Shown here piece after piece: positions 1 to 9,392 of a stretch of DNA of 64,000 bases. This DNA is from Candidatus Latescibacterota bacterium. GTDB lineage: Bacteria > Latescibacterota > CBDEFO01. Position 1 is the stretch's first letter. Every line of letters begins with the position of its first letter. Position numbers and translations under genes: made by a program. The notes below the pieces were generated by a model. It did no database searches. It saw nothing but the letters and a program-made list of their open reading frames with translations, and had not been told where the DNA came from. Location of the stretch: the NCBI GenBank assembly GCA_965248755.1, contig OZ252149.1, positions 3,296,001-3,360,000 of the forward strand, written 5' to 3'.

Positions 1-664
1 GCATTTTCCCGACTGCAAAGGCATCCAGCACGGTAGAACCGACGACGACCACATCGCGACAGATAGCAGGCGGTGAAGTGACAGCGTAGAGCGCCCTTTC
101 GACCGGCCGGCGCAAACCCTGGGTCAGATCGATTCTGCCATCCTCACCAAATTCTGGTATTGGCTTCCCCGTCTTTGCGTTGAGGGCGATCAAATACGCA
201 TCACCCGTGCCGTAGATGATTCGCTGATCATCACCATCCTCCCAGTAGGAGACCCCGCGATGCACGAAACCCACGTTGGCTGGGGATCCGTCCACGTAGG
301 TTTGCGGATCATAAACCCAGATCGTCCGCCCTGTAACAGCGTCAATGGCGGCTACCAGACCTAGCGAGGTGCTCGTGTAAATGACCCCATCGATCATAAG
401 CGGGGTCGCTTCGTTTACCATAGTCCATAGTTCAGGGTTGGCTCGGAGGATTTCATTGTCAACGGAGCTCCAACGCCACGCAATGCGGAGATTCACCGCA
501 CTGTCCACCTTGATTTGATCGAGCGGGATGTATTTGGAACTGGCTTTGTCCGAACCGTACGACCTCCATTCTCCAATCTCGTCGGCCTTCACTGCAGAGA
601 CAATCATACCCACCATGCAAAGAGTCGAGATCATATACGACAGAAAATTCCATGCCTTAGTCAT
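1..664 (-). CDS. PQQ-dependent quinoprotein glucose dehydrogenase-like protein, N-terminal part (runs off the window edge)
   Basis: Not in the ORF track; manual translation from ATG at 664 with a G-rich RBS gives MTKAWNFLSYMISTLCMVGMIVSAVKADEIGEWRSYGSDKASSKYIPLDQI...EATPLMIDGVIYTST...HRGVSYW...LIALNAKTGKPIPEFGEDGRIDL...VTSPPAICRDVVVVGS, which has a signal peptide and PQQ beta-propeller motifs. Confidence 0.88.
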   Translation of the reverse strand, partial: MTKAWNFLSYMISTLCMVGMIVSAVKADEIGEWRSYGSDKASSKYIPLDQIKVDSAVNLRIAWRWSSVDNEILRANPELWTMVNEATPLMIDGVIYTSTSLGLVAAIDAVTGRTIWVYDPQTYVDGSPANVGFVHRGVSYWEDGDDQRIIYGTGDAYLIALNAKTGKPIPEFGEDGRIDLTQGLRRPVERALYAVTSPPAICRDVVVVGSTVLDAFAVGKM

Positions 665-675
665 GATGGTCCCCC

Positions 676-2148
676 CTACTTGACCAGCACCATTTTGCGC
701 GTCTGCACGAAGTCAGCGATGCGAATCCGGTAGACGTAAATGCCGGACCCGACCGTTCGTTCATTCTCGTCGGTGCCATCCCAGACGACTGTGTGTTGCC
801 CTGCTGATCTTGGTCCTTCGGTGAGTATCCGTACCCGACGGCCGAGAAGGTCGAAGACGCTGAGTTCGACCGAACCGCGCGCTGCCACCGTGAATGAAAT
901 CGTGGTCGAGGGATTGAACGGATTGGGGTAGTTCTGGTATAGCGCGTCGGCCTGGGGCAGCTCGCTCTCTACCGATAGAACGGCGGTCGGCATCTCACCC
1001 GGCAGGAGTTCCAAGAGGTAGATCGGCCCATCGAATCCCACGATGTAAACCTCCCCGCTCTCGTCTTCGCCGAAGCTAGTGATGTTCGACGGACAGGTGG
1101 CGATCAGGTTGTTGGAGCGCACCTCACCCTCTTCGTAGCGCAGACCCCAGATTTTCTTGGTTATGAAATCGCCGTAGATGTACACACCATATAGCCCGCC
1201 GAGACGGGCGGCGCGGTAGACGTAGCCGCCGGTGAGGGAGGCTCCCACGCTGTGATCGTACTCGAACAAAGGCAGGGCAAGGCCGACGGTGTCGCAGTTG
1301 GTTTGAGGAGAGAAGCAGTGAAATCCCTCCATCCTATTCCAGCCGTAGTTGGCTCCCTTTTCGATGAGATCGATCTCTTCCCACCTATTCTGCCCGACGT
1401 CTCCCGTCCACAGCTGACCGCCTTTCCTGTCGAAGCTGAAGCGCCAGGGGTTGCGCAGGCCGTATGCCCAGATCTCTTCACGCCAATCTTGACTGTTGCC
1501 GACAAACGGATTGTCAGGCGGGATACCGTACTCGAGGCCTGCCGTGCGAGCATCAACGTCGATGCGCAGAATCGCCGCCAACCAGGTAGTGGGATCCTGA
1601 CCGTTCCGGAATGTGTCCCCTCCTCCTCCTCCGTCTCCAAGACCGACATAGAGCATTCCATCCGGCCCGAAGGCGAGCTGACCTCCGTTGTGATTCGTCG
1701 CCGGCTGTGACACCTCCCACAGGACGCGTTCGCTTTCTACATCAGCGACATTAGTATCGCCAGACACGCGGAATTCGGATACTCGCGAAAAGAAATTGCC
1801 GCGAGTGTAATAGACGTAGAATAAGCCGTTGGTGCCGTGCTCCGGATGAAAGGTCACGCTGAGAAGCCCCCCCTCGCTGACCGGGTTCACCTGATCTCGG
1901 ATGTCCAGGAAATCCGTAGCGACGGCGTCGTCGACATTTGGCATGACCTTAATACGGCCCGGCTTCTCGACTACGAAGATGCGGTCGCTCCCGTCTCCGG
2001 CGTGTGTCAGAAACAGCGGTTGGACGAAGTCGTTCGCCGCAAAGACCTGTCGCAACTCGCGCCCTGGCAACTCTTGGGCGTCGGAGATTGAAGCCGAGAT
2101 CCCCAGAAGTGCACAGCAGAGACTAACGTAGCAAATTATCCGTGCCAT
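676..2148 (-). CDS. Secreted PQQ-dependent sugar dehydrogenase (GSDH/soluble aldose dehydrogenase family) with C-terminal FlgD-Ig/T9SS-like domain
   Basis: Signal peptide; NHNGGQLAFGPDGMLY, AYGLRNPWRFSFD and GANYGW motifs; C-terminal QNYPNPFNPSTTI...SGIYVYR...KMVLVK. Confidence 0.9.
   Translation of the reverse strand: MARIICYVSLCCALLGISASISDAQELPGRELRQVFAANDFVQPLFLTHAGDGSDRIFVVEKPGRIKVMPNVDDAVATDFLDIRDQVNPVSEGGLLSVTFHPEHGTNGLFYVYYTRGNFFSRVSEFRVSGDTNVADVESERVLWEVSQPATNHNGGQLAFGPDGMLYVGLGDGGGGGDTFRNGQDPTTWLAAILRIDVDARTAGLEYGIPPDNPFVGNSQDWREEIWAYGLRNPWRFSFDRKGGQLWTGDVGQNRWEEIDLIEKGANYGWNRMEGFHCFSPQTNCDTVGLALPLFEYDHSVGASLTGGYVYRAARLGGLYGVYIYGDFITKKIWGLRYEEGEVRSNNLIATCPSNITSFGEDESGEVYIVGFDGPIYLLELLPGEMPTAVLSVESELPQADALYQNYPNPFNPSTTISFTVAARGSVELSVFDLLGRRVRILTEGPRSAGQHTVVWDGTDENERTVGSGIYVYRIRIADFVQTRKMVLVK
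999..2122. repeat. 1124-bp near-identical duplication, copy 1 (GSDH catalytic domain)
   Basis: Colinear with 3323..4446 and the same length; long identical stretches are visible directly. Confidence 0.95.
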
Positions 2149-2378
2149 CTTAGCCTACCTTCTTTTTTAGAGTTAGTGAAACCTTTCCACACCACTGTTA
2201 CAGGAAGATACAAAAAAAATAGTGGCTCTCAATAAAATTTATCAGTCCAAAACTGTTGCAGACTACCTATTTTGCCTAAAGTGGGCACTCCTGTAAATGA
2301 CCCAAAAGAAAGCCCTCCATTGATATTTGCCGGCTTTGTATTCTATTCTGAGACCTTTTGTGAGAAAGGTTAATGAGC

Positions 2379-4463
2379 CTATCTCATCAATATCAGCTTC
2401 CTCGTCTGAACAAATACATCTGTCTCCATCCGATAGAGATAGATTCCGCTGGCGAGACTCTCTCCATTATCATCTCTGCTATCCCAGACTACTGAGTGCC
2501 TTCCCGCATCCATCTCCTCATCTACAAGTGTCGCAACCTTCTGCCCCATCATATTGAAGATAGATATTTCTACGTGATCTCTGATGGGGAAATCATAATG
2601 AATTACCGTCTCTGGGTTGAATGGATTGGGATAGTTTTGGAAAAGAGCGTAAGCTTCGGGAACTACATCAAGCGATAGCTCTACCTGCTCGATTATAGCA
2701 GGAATTAACCCCTCATTGAGCTGAACATCTGAAACCTTTAACAGGTCATCCTCCAATCCATTGCTCACACTGGGGATGATCTCAAACTCGATGTAGGCTA
2801 TGTCTCCCCCACCTTCCACTGGATATGCAGAGGCAAAGGCTAACTTAACCTCGTTGTCCAGGATGTTGCTCTGGAACATAAACGGGGATAGTATATCCGC
2901 AGGTGATACGCCGACCGCCTTCAACTTCGATGCATCGTAGCTTATGGATATACCCGCTCCGAGAACTCCCGTCATATCGTCTATGGAAACAGGTATCTTT
3001 ACGGTATTTCCGGACAGTTGGATGCCATCAGATATGCCTACCATGCGAGGTGCAGCATCTGCCACCACCTTGGCAGAACCAACGTTCCCAACGAAGGGAA
3101 GTCCGGGGATAATCTCAGCCACAAATTGAAGTATCCGAACAGCGTCAAAAGATGTCACCTCCCCGTTTCTGGTCACATCAGAGATCGCAAGGAATAATGC
3201 TTCGTCTCCACCGAAATACTCGACTATTACGTCACTGACTCCAACTGAATGCTTCAAAGCTAAACCGGCGTCGAAAGCTCTAACCTCTCCGTTCCTGCTT
3301 ATGTCTCCTACAAGATCTACGACCGGCAGGAGCTCGAAGACGTAGATCGGACCTTCGAATCCCACGATGTAAACCTCCCCGCTCTCGTCTTCGCCGAAGC
3401 TGGAGATGCTCGACGGACAGGTGGCGATCAGGTTGTTGGAGCGCACCTCACCCTCTTCGTAGCGCAGACCCCAGATTTTCTTGGTTATGAAATCGCCGTA
3501 GATGTACACACCATATAGCCCGCCCAGACGGGCGGCGCGGTAGACGTAGCCTCCGGTGATGGAGTGCCCCACGTCGTGACCGTACTCGGCGACCGGCAGA
3601 GTCAAGCCCTCGCTGCTGCAATCTTCGGGAGGATCAAAGCAGTGAAATCCCTCCATCCTTTTCCAGCCGTAGTTGGCGCCCTTTTCGATGAGATCGATCT
3701 CCTCCCAGAGATTCTGACCCACGTCTCCTGCCCACAGCTGACCGCCTTTCCTGTCGAAGCTGAAGCGCCAGGGGTTGCGCAGGCCATATGCCCAGATCTC
3801 TTCACGCCAATCTTGACTGTTGCCGACAAATGGATTGTCAGGCGGGATACTGTACTCGAGGCCTGCCGTGCGAGCATCAACGTCGATGCGCAGAATCGCC
3901 GCCAACCAGGTAGTGGGATCCTGACCGTTCCGGAATGTGTCCCCTCCTCCTCCTCCGTCTCCAAGACCGACATAGAGCATTCCATCCGGCCCGAAGGCGA
4001 GCTGACCTCCGTTGTGATTCGTCGCCGGCTGTGACACCTCCCACAGAACGCGCTCGCTGTCTACATCAGCGACATTAGGATCGTCAGACACGCGGAATTC
4101 GGATACCCGCGAAAAGAAATTGCCGCGAGTGTAATAGACGTAGAATAAGCCGTTGGTGCCGTGCTCCGGATGAAAGGCCACGCTGAGAAGCCCCCCCTCG
4201 CTGACCGGGTTCACCTGATCTCGGATGTCCAGGAAATCCGTAGCGACGGCGGCGTCGATATTGGGCATGACCTTAATACGACCCGGCTTCTCGACCACGA
4301 AGATGCGGTCGCTCCCGTCTCCGGCGTGTGTCAGAAAGAGAGGTTGGTCAAAGTCGTTCGCCGCAAAGACTTGCCGCAACTCGCGCCCTGGCAACTCTTG
4401 GGCGTGGGAGATTGAAGCCGAGATCCCCAGAAGTGCACAGCAGAGAGTAAGATAGTATTTCAT
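2379..4463 (-). CDS. Paralogous secreted GSDH-family dehydrogenase with dockerin-like, cohesin-like and FlgD-Ig/T9SS-like C-terminal domains
   Basis: Same catalytic domain as 676..2148, followed by a duplicated Ca-loop motif (GDISRNGEVRAFDA / SDVTRNGEVTSFDA), a cohesin-like segment (VKIPVSIDD...ISISYDASKL...GGGDIAYIEF) and an NYPNPFNP tail. Start moved to ATG 4463 (MKYYLTLCC), which has an AGGGAG RBS and matches the paralog's signal peptide. Confidence 0.87.
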   Translation of the reverse strand: MKYYLTLCCALLGISASISHAQELPGRELRQVFAANDFDQPLFLTHAGDGSDRIFVVEKPGRIKVMPNIDAAVATDFLDIRDQVNPVSEGGLLSVAFHPEHGTNGLFYVYYTRGNFFSRVSEFRVSDDPNVADVDSERVLWEVSQPATNHNGGQLAFGPDGMLYVGLGDGGGGGDTFRNGQDPTTWLAAILRIDVDARTAGLEYSIPPDNPFVGNSQDWREEIWAYGLRNPWRFSFDRKGGQLWAGDVGQNLWEEIDLIEKGANYGWKRMEGFHCFDPPEDCSSEGLTLPVAEYGHDVGHSITGGYVYRAARLGGLYGVYIYGDFITKKIWGLRYEEGEVRSNNLIATCPSSISSFGEDESGEVYIVGFEGPIYVFELLPVVDLVGDISRNGEVRAFDAGLALKHSVGVSDVIVEYFGGDEALFLAISDVTRNGEVTSFDAVRILQFVAEIIPGLPFVGNVGSAKVVADAAPRMVGISDGIQLSGNTVKIPVSIDDMTGVLGAGISISYDASKLKAVGVSPADILSPFMFQSNILDNEVKLAFASAYPVEGGGDIAYIEFEIIPSVSNGLEDDLLKVSDVQLNEGLIPAIIEQVELSLDVVPEAYALFQNYPNPFNPETVIHYDFPIRDHVEISIFNMMGQKVATLVDEEMDAGRHSVVWDSRDDNGESLASGIYLYRMETDVFVQTRKLILMR
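3323..4446. repeat. 1124-bp near-identical duplication, copy 2
   Basis: Colinear with 999..2122. Confidence 0.95.
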
Positions 4464-4534
4464 AGTCAACTCCCTTTCAGATATTCCCACAGTTCGTGGA
4501 ATCCCATCTACATCGGTGTGATTTCTTTCTGGAA

Positions 4535-4660
4535 TAGCCGCATTCTGGTATTTGGAATCGTAGAACTCAGGCTGCAACTGGTCCACCCGCAGCAACCCCT
4601 TCCGGGTCAGCTCTGCCCCCTACTCGACCAGCCTCAGCATGCCCTCTATCTGCCACGTCC
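4535..4660 (-). pseudogene. Gene remnant resembling the C-terminus of a HemN/HemW-like radical SAM protein
   Basis: Translation EGMLRLVE*GAELTRKGLLRVDQLQPEFYDSKYQNA contains an internal TAG; resemblance to HemN_C (LTxxGLLRVD) is from recall only. Confidence 0.35.
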
Positions 4661-4904
4661 CGACAGACAATCTCCTCCGTATTTTGCCGCTGTCCAGCAC
4701 CCAATTGAGCACCCTCCCGGGTTGTTCATCACCTAACTTTCTGGGCGAACCACATAAACCCCGCCATTTACAGCACCTTCTCATGTAGTGGGAAATACTA
4801 GGCTGAGAAATATTCAGGTGCTTGGCCAGTTCGTTGAAACTGACTGTCTTTCCCTTGTGAGACTGCATCAATTCCTTCAGGATCTGAAGCCGCTTTCTAG
4901 TCAC
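4620..4904 (-). pseudogene. Truncated winged-helix (ArsR-like) HTH regulator remnant
   Basis: TRKRLQILKELMQSHKGKTVSFNELAKHLNISQPSISHYMR is a clear HTH; the sequence after it reads as unrelated. Confidence 0.5.
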
Positions 4905-5826
4905 AGTACCAGCAGGCGATGTTGGTCAGCCGATGCCAGGTTTCCCGTGGAATCTGGATATCATCAGCACCTGCGGCTTCACGGATTCGTTCCGGGTTAG
5001 TCGTCCCGACGACGGGCAAAATCCCTGCCGGATGCCGCATAAGCCAGGCAAGAACGAGCTGTGAGCGAGTGCAGCCGAGATCATTAGCTGCCGTATCGAA
5101 CACTCGAATGACGGTGTTCACAGCCTCGCGTCGCGGGTGGTCGTTCGGCGGTGCTGCGCCGGTTCCTAAGATCCCTCCTGCCATCGGGCTCCATGCCTGA
5201 GGGGTGATGCCGAGGAGCTGACACTGCTCGAGGGTACCGTCGTAGAAGCGCTCCATAAGGAGGGGATGAATCTGCACCTGATTTAACACAATCGGTACCG
5301 AGAGTCCCTCTTGGAGAAGGCGCACCTGATCCGGGAAGAAATTACTGACCCCGAAAAAACGTACCTTGCCCTCTGTGTGCAGTCTCTCGAAGGCGCGTGC
5401 GACCTCTGCCGGTTCCATCAGAGTATCGGGCTTATGCAGGAGGAAGACGTCAATCGCCTCGATACCAATTCGCTTCAATTCCGCTTCGGCTGAGGAAATA
5501 ATGTAATCCGCCGATAATTCGTACCACTCTTGGGACCCCGTCTCGGACGACGGGTCGAGCACTCGAATTCCGCACTTGGTGGTGATAACGATCTGCTCTC
5601 GAAGGCCAGGTCGTTCTTTCAGTGCTTTGCCCAGCAGTTCGCTGCATCGCACGCCGCTGTTGCCGTAGATATCGGCCGAATCGAAGTGGGTGAGCCCGGC
5701 ATCGAAGGCAGTATGAATGCGCGAGATTGCTTCTGCATCGCCGCCAGTCGTGTGGATTCTCAGAATGCCATAGACCAATCTACTTGCCATCAAACCTGTT
5801 TCTCGTCCTATCTCGTGTGGTATCAT
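4897..5826 (-). CDS. Aldo/keto reductase (YdhF-like)
   Basis: FDSADIYG, ITTKCGI, IDVFLLHKPD, GKVRFFGVSNF and QAWSPMAGG motifs. Confidence 0.92.
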   Translation of the reverse strand: MIPHEIGRETGLMASRLVYGILRIHTTGGDAEAISRIHTAFDAGLTHFDSADIYGNSGVRCSELLGKALKERPGLREQIVITTKCGIRVLDPSSETGSQEWYELSADYIISSAEAELKRIGIEAIDVFLLHKPDTLMEPAEVARAFERLHTEGKVRFFGVSNFFPDQVRLLQEGLSVPIVLNQVQIHPLLMERFYDGTLEQCQLLGITPQAWSPMAGGILGTGAAPPNDHPRREAVNTVIRVFDTAANDLGCTRSQLVLAWLMRHPAGILPVVGTTNPERIREAAGADDIQIPRETWHRLTNIACWYCD

Positions 5827-6014
5827 AATTACCTCCGGTGCTGATAAGTGTGATAATCAGGATCATCTTCTCTGGGAGGCAACGAGGTCATAATCATGCG
5901 GCTTCCACTCTCCTAGTTGAAACCGTTGATCCGCATACACTCGTACTATTGTTCTGGATTCCGGTCCACCTTAGAGAAGGTCGGCGACTCACTTCGGGTG
6001 TCTACAACTACGTC

Positions 6015-7223
6015 CTATTCCGGGGGCTCAAACTTCAGCCGCAGGATCTTGTCATCGTTTGGACGCAATTCAGCTCGTCCATCAGTGTTGCTGGTCAAAA
6101 CGTAGAGATGGCCGTCCGGTCCAACGGTCACGTCACGTAGGCGTCCGTAGATTCCGTTTTTCAGGTCGCGAGCAAACCAACGTTCGATATTCGTTACCTT
6201 ATAGTCTTCGTTATCGTCTTCAAACTGGATACGAATAAGTGCTTGACTGCGCAACGTGGCAATGAAGAGGTTACCGCGGTAAAAGGTCATTCCGGCGGGA
6301 GGGACAGAGGCTTTTTTCCACATCGCGATGGGATCCCGGTATTTAGCGATCCGAGGCGCGCCTACGACATTGGGCCAGCCGTAGTTGGCTCCTTTCTCAA
6401 CGATGTTGATCTCGTCGCGGTGTAGGACGCCCGGCCATTCACCAGACGGTCCGTGTTCTGAGTTAAACATTACATCGGTCTCGGGATCCCAGGTCAAGCC
6501 CTGCACAACACGGTGCCCATAGGAAAAGATCGGGGAGCCTGGGAAAGGGTTATCTTCCGGAATCTGGCCTTCCGGCGTGATGCGAAGAATCTTTCCTGCC
6601 CATGAGTGGAGATCCTGGGAGAGCGGCTGATTCCAGAGATCGCCGGTCCCAACGTAAAGCATCCCATCCGGACCAAAACCAATCCTGCCGCCAATATGAA
6701 TACTGGAACCGGGTATGTTGTCCAAAACGACACGGTCGAAAACACCGGTATCACCATGATGGCGCAGGCGAATGACACGAGTGAACAGTTGGTCAAGAAT
6801 TTGATAACTATGCATGGCGTAGACAAAGGGGTGCTGTGTAAATTGGGGATGCAGGGCCAGTCCCATGAGTCCGGCATCGGCTACGTGGGCCACTTCATCG
6901 ATCTTGATGTAAAGCTGAGGCTGGTTCTGCCCACGGGGAATACGTTGAATTCGACCGCGTCGTTCCGAAAGAAGGGCATCACCATTTGGCAGGAAAACCA
7001 GAGACCAGGGGATCTGAAGACTGTCCACCCAGGTCTCGACGCTGACCCCTTCCACTTCTGGAAGAAAAACGTCGGCGACAGTCTGCGGCACTTCCCCGCG
7101 GATGGGATCACCGTTAACGCTGCAGGGAAGGAAAAGCGCAACTATGATCGCCAAAACGTGCTGGAGCAAGTATGGACTGTGGAAGGATGTCTTTCGCATT
7201 TCGAAGCTCCTTGATTTAGTCAT
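6015..7223 (-). CDS. PQQ-dependent soluble aldose sugar dehydrogenase (YliI/Asd-like)
   Basis: IPWSLVFLPNG, HIGGRIGFGPDGMLYVGTGD, GKILRI, SYGHRVVQGL, GANYGWP and GRLRDVTVGPDG motifs; N-terminal hydrophobic signal. Exact start uncertain. Confidence 0.9.
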   Translation of the reverse strand: MTKSRSFEMRKTSFHSPYLLQHVLAIIVALFLPCSVNGDPIRGEVPQTVADVFLPEVEGVSVETWVDSLQIPWSLVFLPNGDALLSERRGRIQRIPRGQNQPQLYIKIDEVAHVADAGLMGLALHPQFTQHPFVYAMHSYQILDQLFTRVIRLRHHGDTGVFDRVVLDNIPGSSIHIGGRIGFGPDGMLYVGTGDLWNQPLSQDLHSWAGKILRITPEGQIPEDNPFPGSPIFSYGHRVVQGLTWDPETDVMFNSEHGPSGEWPGVLHRDEINIVEKGANYGWPNVVGAPRIAKYRDPIAMWKKASVPPAGMTFYRGNLFIATLRSQALIRIQFEDDNEDYKVTNIERWFARDLKNGIYGRLRDVTVGPDGHLYVLTSNTDGRAELRPNDDKILRLKFEPPE

Positions 7224-7286
7224 AGTTTGACCTCCTTTATCATGAGATGTTTTGAGATATTCTCTACAGCTTCATCCCCGATAGAT

Positions 7287-9392
7287 TCAGTCGGACATCA
7301 TCATTCGAAATCCTGCATGGAAACGTACCGGTGCACCGATCGTTACCAGACCACCGCCTGTCTTGCCGACGGCGTAGGAGCGATCGAAAAGATTTTCGAC
7401 CTGAAAGAAAATCTCCCTTCCCAATTGGATCGGTCGCGACAAGAAGAGATCTACCACGCCGAAATCCCCAAGCTCAAGCGAATTGATATCGTCTTCATAT
7501 TGATTGCCCACATACCGTCCCTGAACGGTGGCGACCAGTAGAGGCGGGTTGGAATAACTTATTTTCAGGATTAGATGATGCTCTGGCACCTGAGGAAGGC
7601 GCCTGCCTTCGAGCTCCGGCTGAGCCGGTGCGCTCACGATTCTGCTTTCGTTGAAGAGATAGCTTATGGAGCCAGTCCAAAATGAATGGCTCTGATAGGT
7701 CAACTCGGCTTCGATCCCTCTAATTCGTGTCCTGTCCAAATTATGCCGCTGACGGCAGAGACCACCCTTGGGAACGAACCCGCATGGGTCAACCTGCCCC
7801 GGTCCGCTTCCGATTGTCAGGTTGACGACAGATCCCTTCACCTCGTTCCAGTAGCCTGTCAGGCGACCGGTCAGGGAGGAGGTGACATAGTCGATTCCAA
7901 CCTCTCCACCGTGCAGTCGCTCCGGATTCAAGTTTTCGTTGGCCGCGGTAATATCGTTTCGCACCCGAAAGGGTCTGAAGAGTTCGTTCAACGTCGGTGC
8001 GCGAAAGGTCCGATAAAGGGAACTTCGAAAGGAGCAGCGGTCGGTAGCATTATAGCGTAATCCTACCTTGGGGTTGAAGACCCAGCGGGTTCGATCGGCG
8101 AATGTATCCTCTCGTAGGACATCATCCGTCTCCAGATTCCGCTCAAGGCGAGAACCATCAAAACTGCGCCAGAAATCGACCCTGCTGCCATACGTGATCT
8201 GCCAGCGGTGCTGGGGAATAAAGATGTCCTGGAGGTAAATTCCCATCACCTGCTGGTCTCCACCTGCCCTGCGCCGCCGGACAAACCGGTTGGACTTGAA
8301 GAAAAACTCCTCGTTGGTCTCTCCCGAAAGCCATCGAAGGTCCGATCCTGCCGTGAGCAGATGCTCTGCGCTTATCGGCTTGAGCCACTCCAGGGTTATC
8401 CCTACTGCCTGCGAAGGGACATCAAACTGATCGAGGGCCGGACCTTCCGAATTCCGGTCCGAAGCCTGGGAGGAGAAAAAGCTCTTGAACCGCTGGAGGT
8501 GTGAAAAGCCTGTGAGGGTCCACTTGCTTCCATTCGACCTCAGCAGTGTGGTACTTATCCCAATATATCCCGCGTCTGTGCTGTTGTGGGTGAGGGGCGT
8601 GCCGTTGTCACGTTCTTCACTGAATAGGCCGCCTTGTAGATACAGGTTAGCTGTCGGCGAGAAATTCTGCGTCAGCTTTACCCTGACGGTCTTGTTTTCC
8701 GAATCGGCGTTAACGTCTATCTCTCCCCGCTGATCCGCTCGAACAATCGGATACCCCCGGGTATTGAAATAGCTTCCTTCAAGCGCCAGACCCATTGATC
8801 CAAAGCGATCGCTGGCAGAAAAGTCCACGGTCGCGGTTCTCCGATTTCCTACCTTGCCGGAGAGCGTTACCGTCTTCTTCTGAGGTCGCGCCGTTATGAT
8901 GTGAATAACTCCGCCCAGGGCGTAGTTGCCCCAGATATGAGATCCTCCACCTCGGAGTACTTCGATACGGTCAACGCTCTCCATCCGGACCTTGCTCCAC
9001 TGCACCCAGCCCCCAAATGGATCGTTTAAGGGCATCCCATCAAGAAGAATCAGGGTACGGCTGGATCCGCTGGCCCCGATTCCGCGCAGGGACACGCCCT
9101 GTGTGGTGGGGTGGGCCACGACGCTGCTTGAGCGTCGAAAGAGACTGAAGCCCGGTACCTTCCGCAAGAGATCGTCCAGAGTCTGAGCCGCCGATCGCTG
9201 GATTTCCGCCCTGTCAAGAATCGTCACGTTGGCGGGAATATTTGTGAGCGTCTGATCCGTCCGGGTGGCAGTCACAACCACCTCCTTCAGGACTATGACC
9301 TTCTCCGGATCTTCGGCTGCCGATTGGGTCTCTTCAGCGTATATGTCTACTGAAGCCAGCATGAAAAAGAGCACGAGGCTTAGGAGCCGAAT
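7287..9392 (-). CDS. TonB-dependent outer membrane receptor
   Basis: TonB box EVVVTATR, plug motifs (VSLRGIG, RTLILLDG, RIEVLRGG, ALGGVIHIIT), FRAPTLNEL and VENLFD. Start proposed at ATT 9392; the ORF track uses GTG 9374. Confidence 0.92.
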   Translation of the reverse strand: MRLLSLVLFFMLASVDIYAEETQSAAEDPEKVIVLKEVVVTATRTDQTLTNIPANVTILDRAEIQRSAAQTLDDLLRKVPGFSLFRRSSSVVAHPTTQGVSLRGIGASGSSRTLILLDGMPLNDPFGGWVQWSKVRMESVDRIEVLRGGGSHIWGNYALGGVIHIITARPQKKTVTLSGKVGNRRTATVDFSASDRFGSMGLALEGSYFNTRGYPIVRADQRGEIDVNADSENKTVRVKLTQNFSPTANLYLQGGLFSEERDNGTPLTHNSTDAGYIGISTTLLRSNGSKWTLTGFSHLQRFKSFFSSQASDRNSEGPALDQFDVPSQAVGITLEWLKPISAEHLLTAGSDLRWLSGETNEEFFFKSNRFVRRRRAGGDQQVMGIYLQDIFIPQHRWQITYGSRVDFWRSFDGSRLERNLETDDVLREDTFADRTRWVFNPKVGLRYNATDRCSFRSSLYRTFRAPTLNELFRPFRVRNDITAANENLNPERLHGGEVGIDYVTSSLTGRLTGYWNEVKGSVVNLTIGSGPGQVDPCGFVPKGGLCRQRHNLDRTRIRGIEAELTYQSHSFWTGSISYLFNESRIVSAPAQPELEGRRLPQVPEHHLILKISYSNPPLLVATVQGRYVGNQYEDDINSLELGDFGVVDLFLSRPIQLGREIFFQVENLFDRSYAVGKTGGGLVTIGAPVRFHAGFRMMMSD

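Noticed and set aside
999..4446. Paralog pair considered as a DGR template/variable repeat
   Set aside because: The differences are not adenine-specific, both copies are coding, and no reverse transcriptase is present.
4464..4595. 44-aa N-terminal extension of the 738-aa ORF
   Set aside because: It places a hydrophilic remnant before the signal peptide; ATG 4463 has an RBS and matches the paralog.
4620..4622. TAG readthrough (pyrrolysine or recoding) fusing the HTH ORF to the dehydrogenase
   Set aside because: TAG is used as a normal stop by many genes here, and the fused product would bury a signal peptide.
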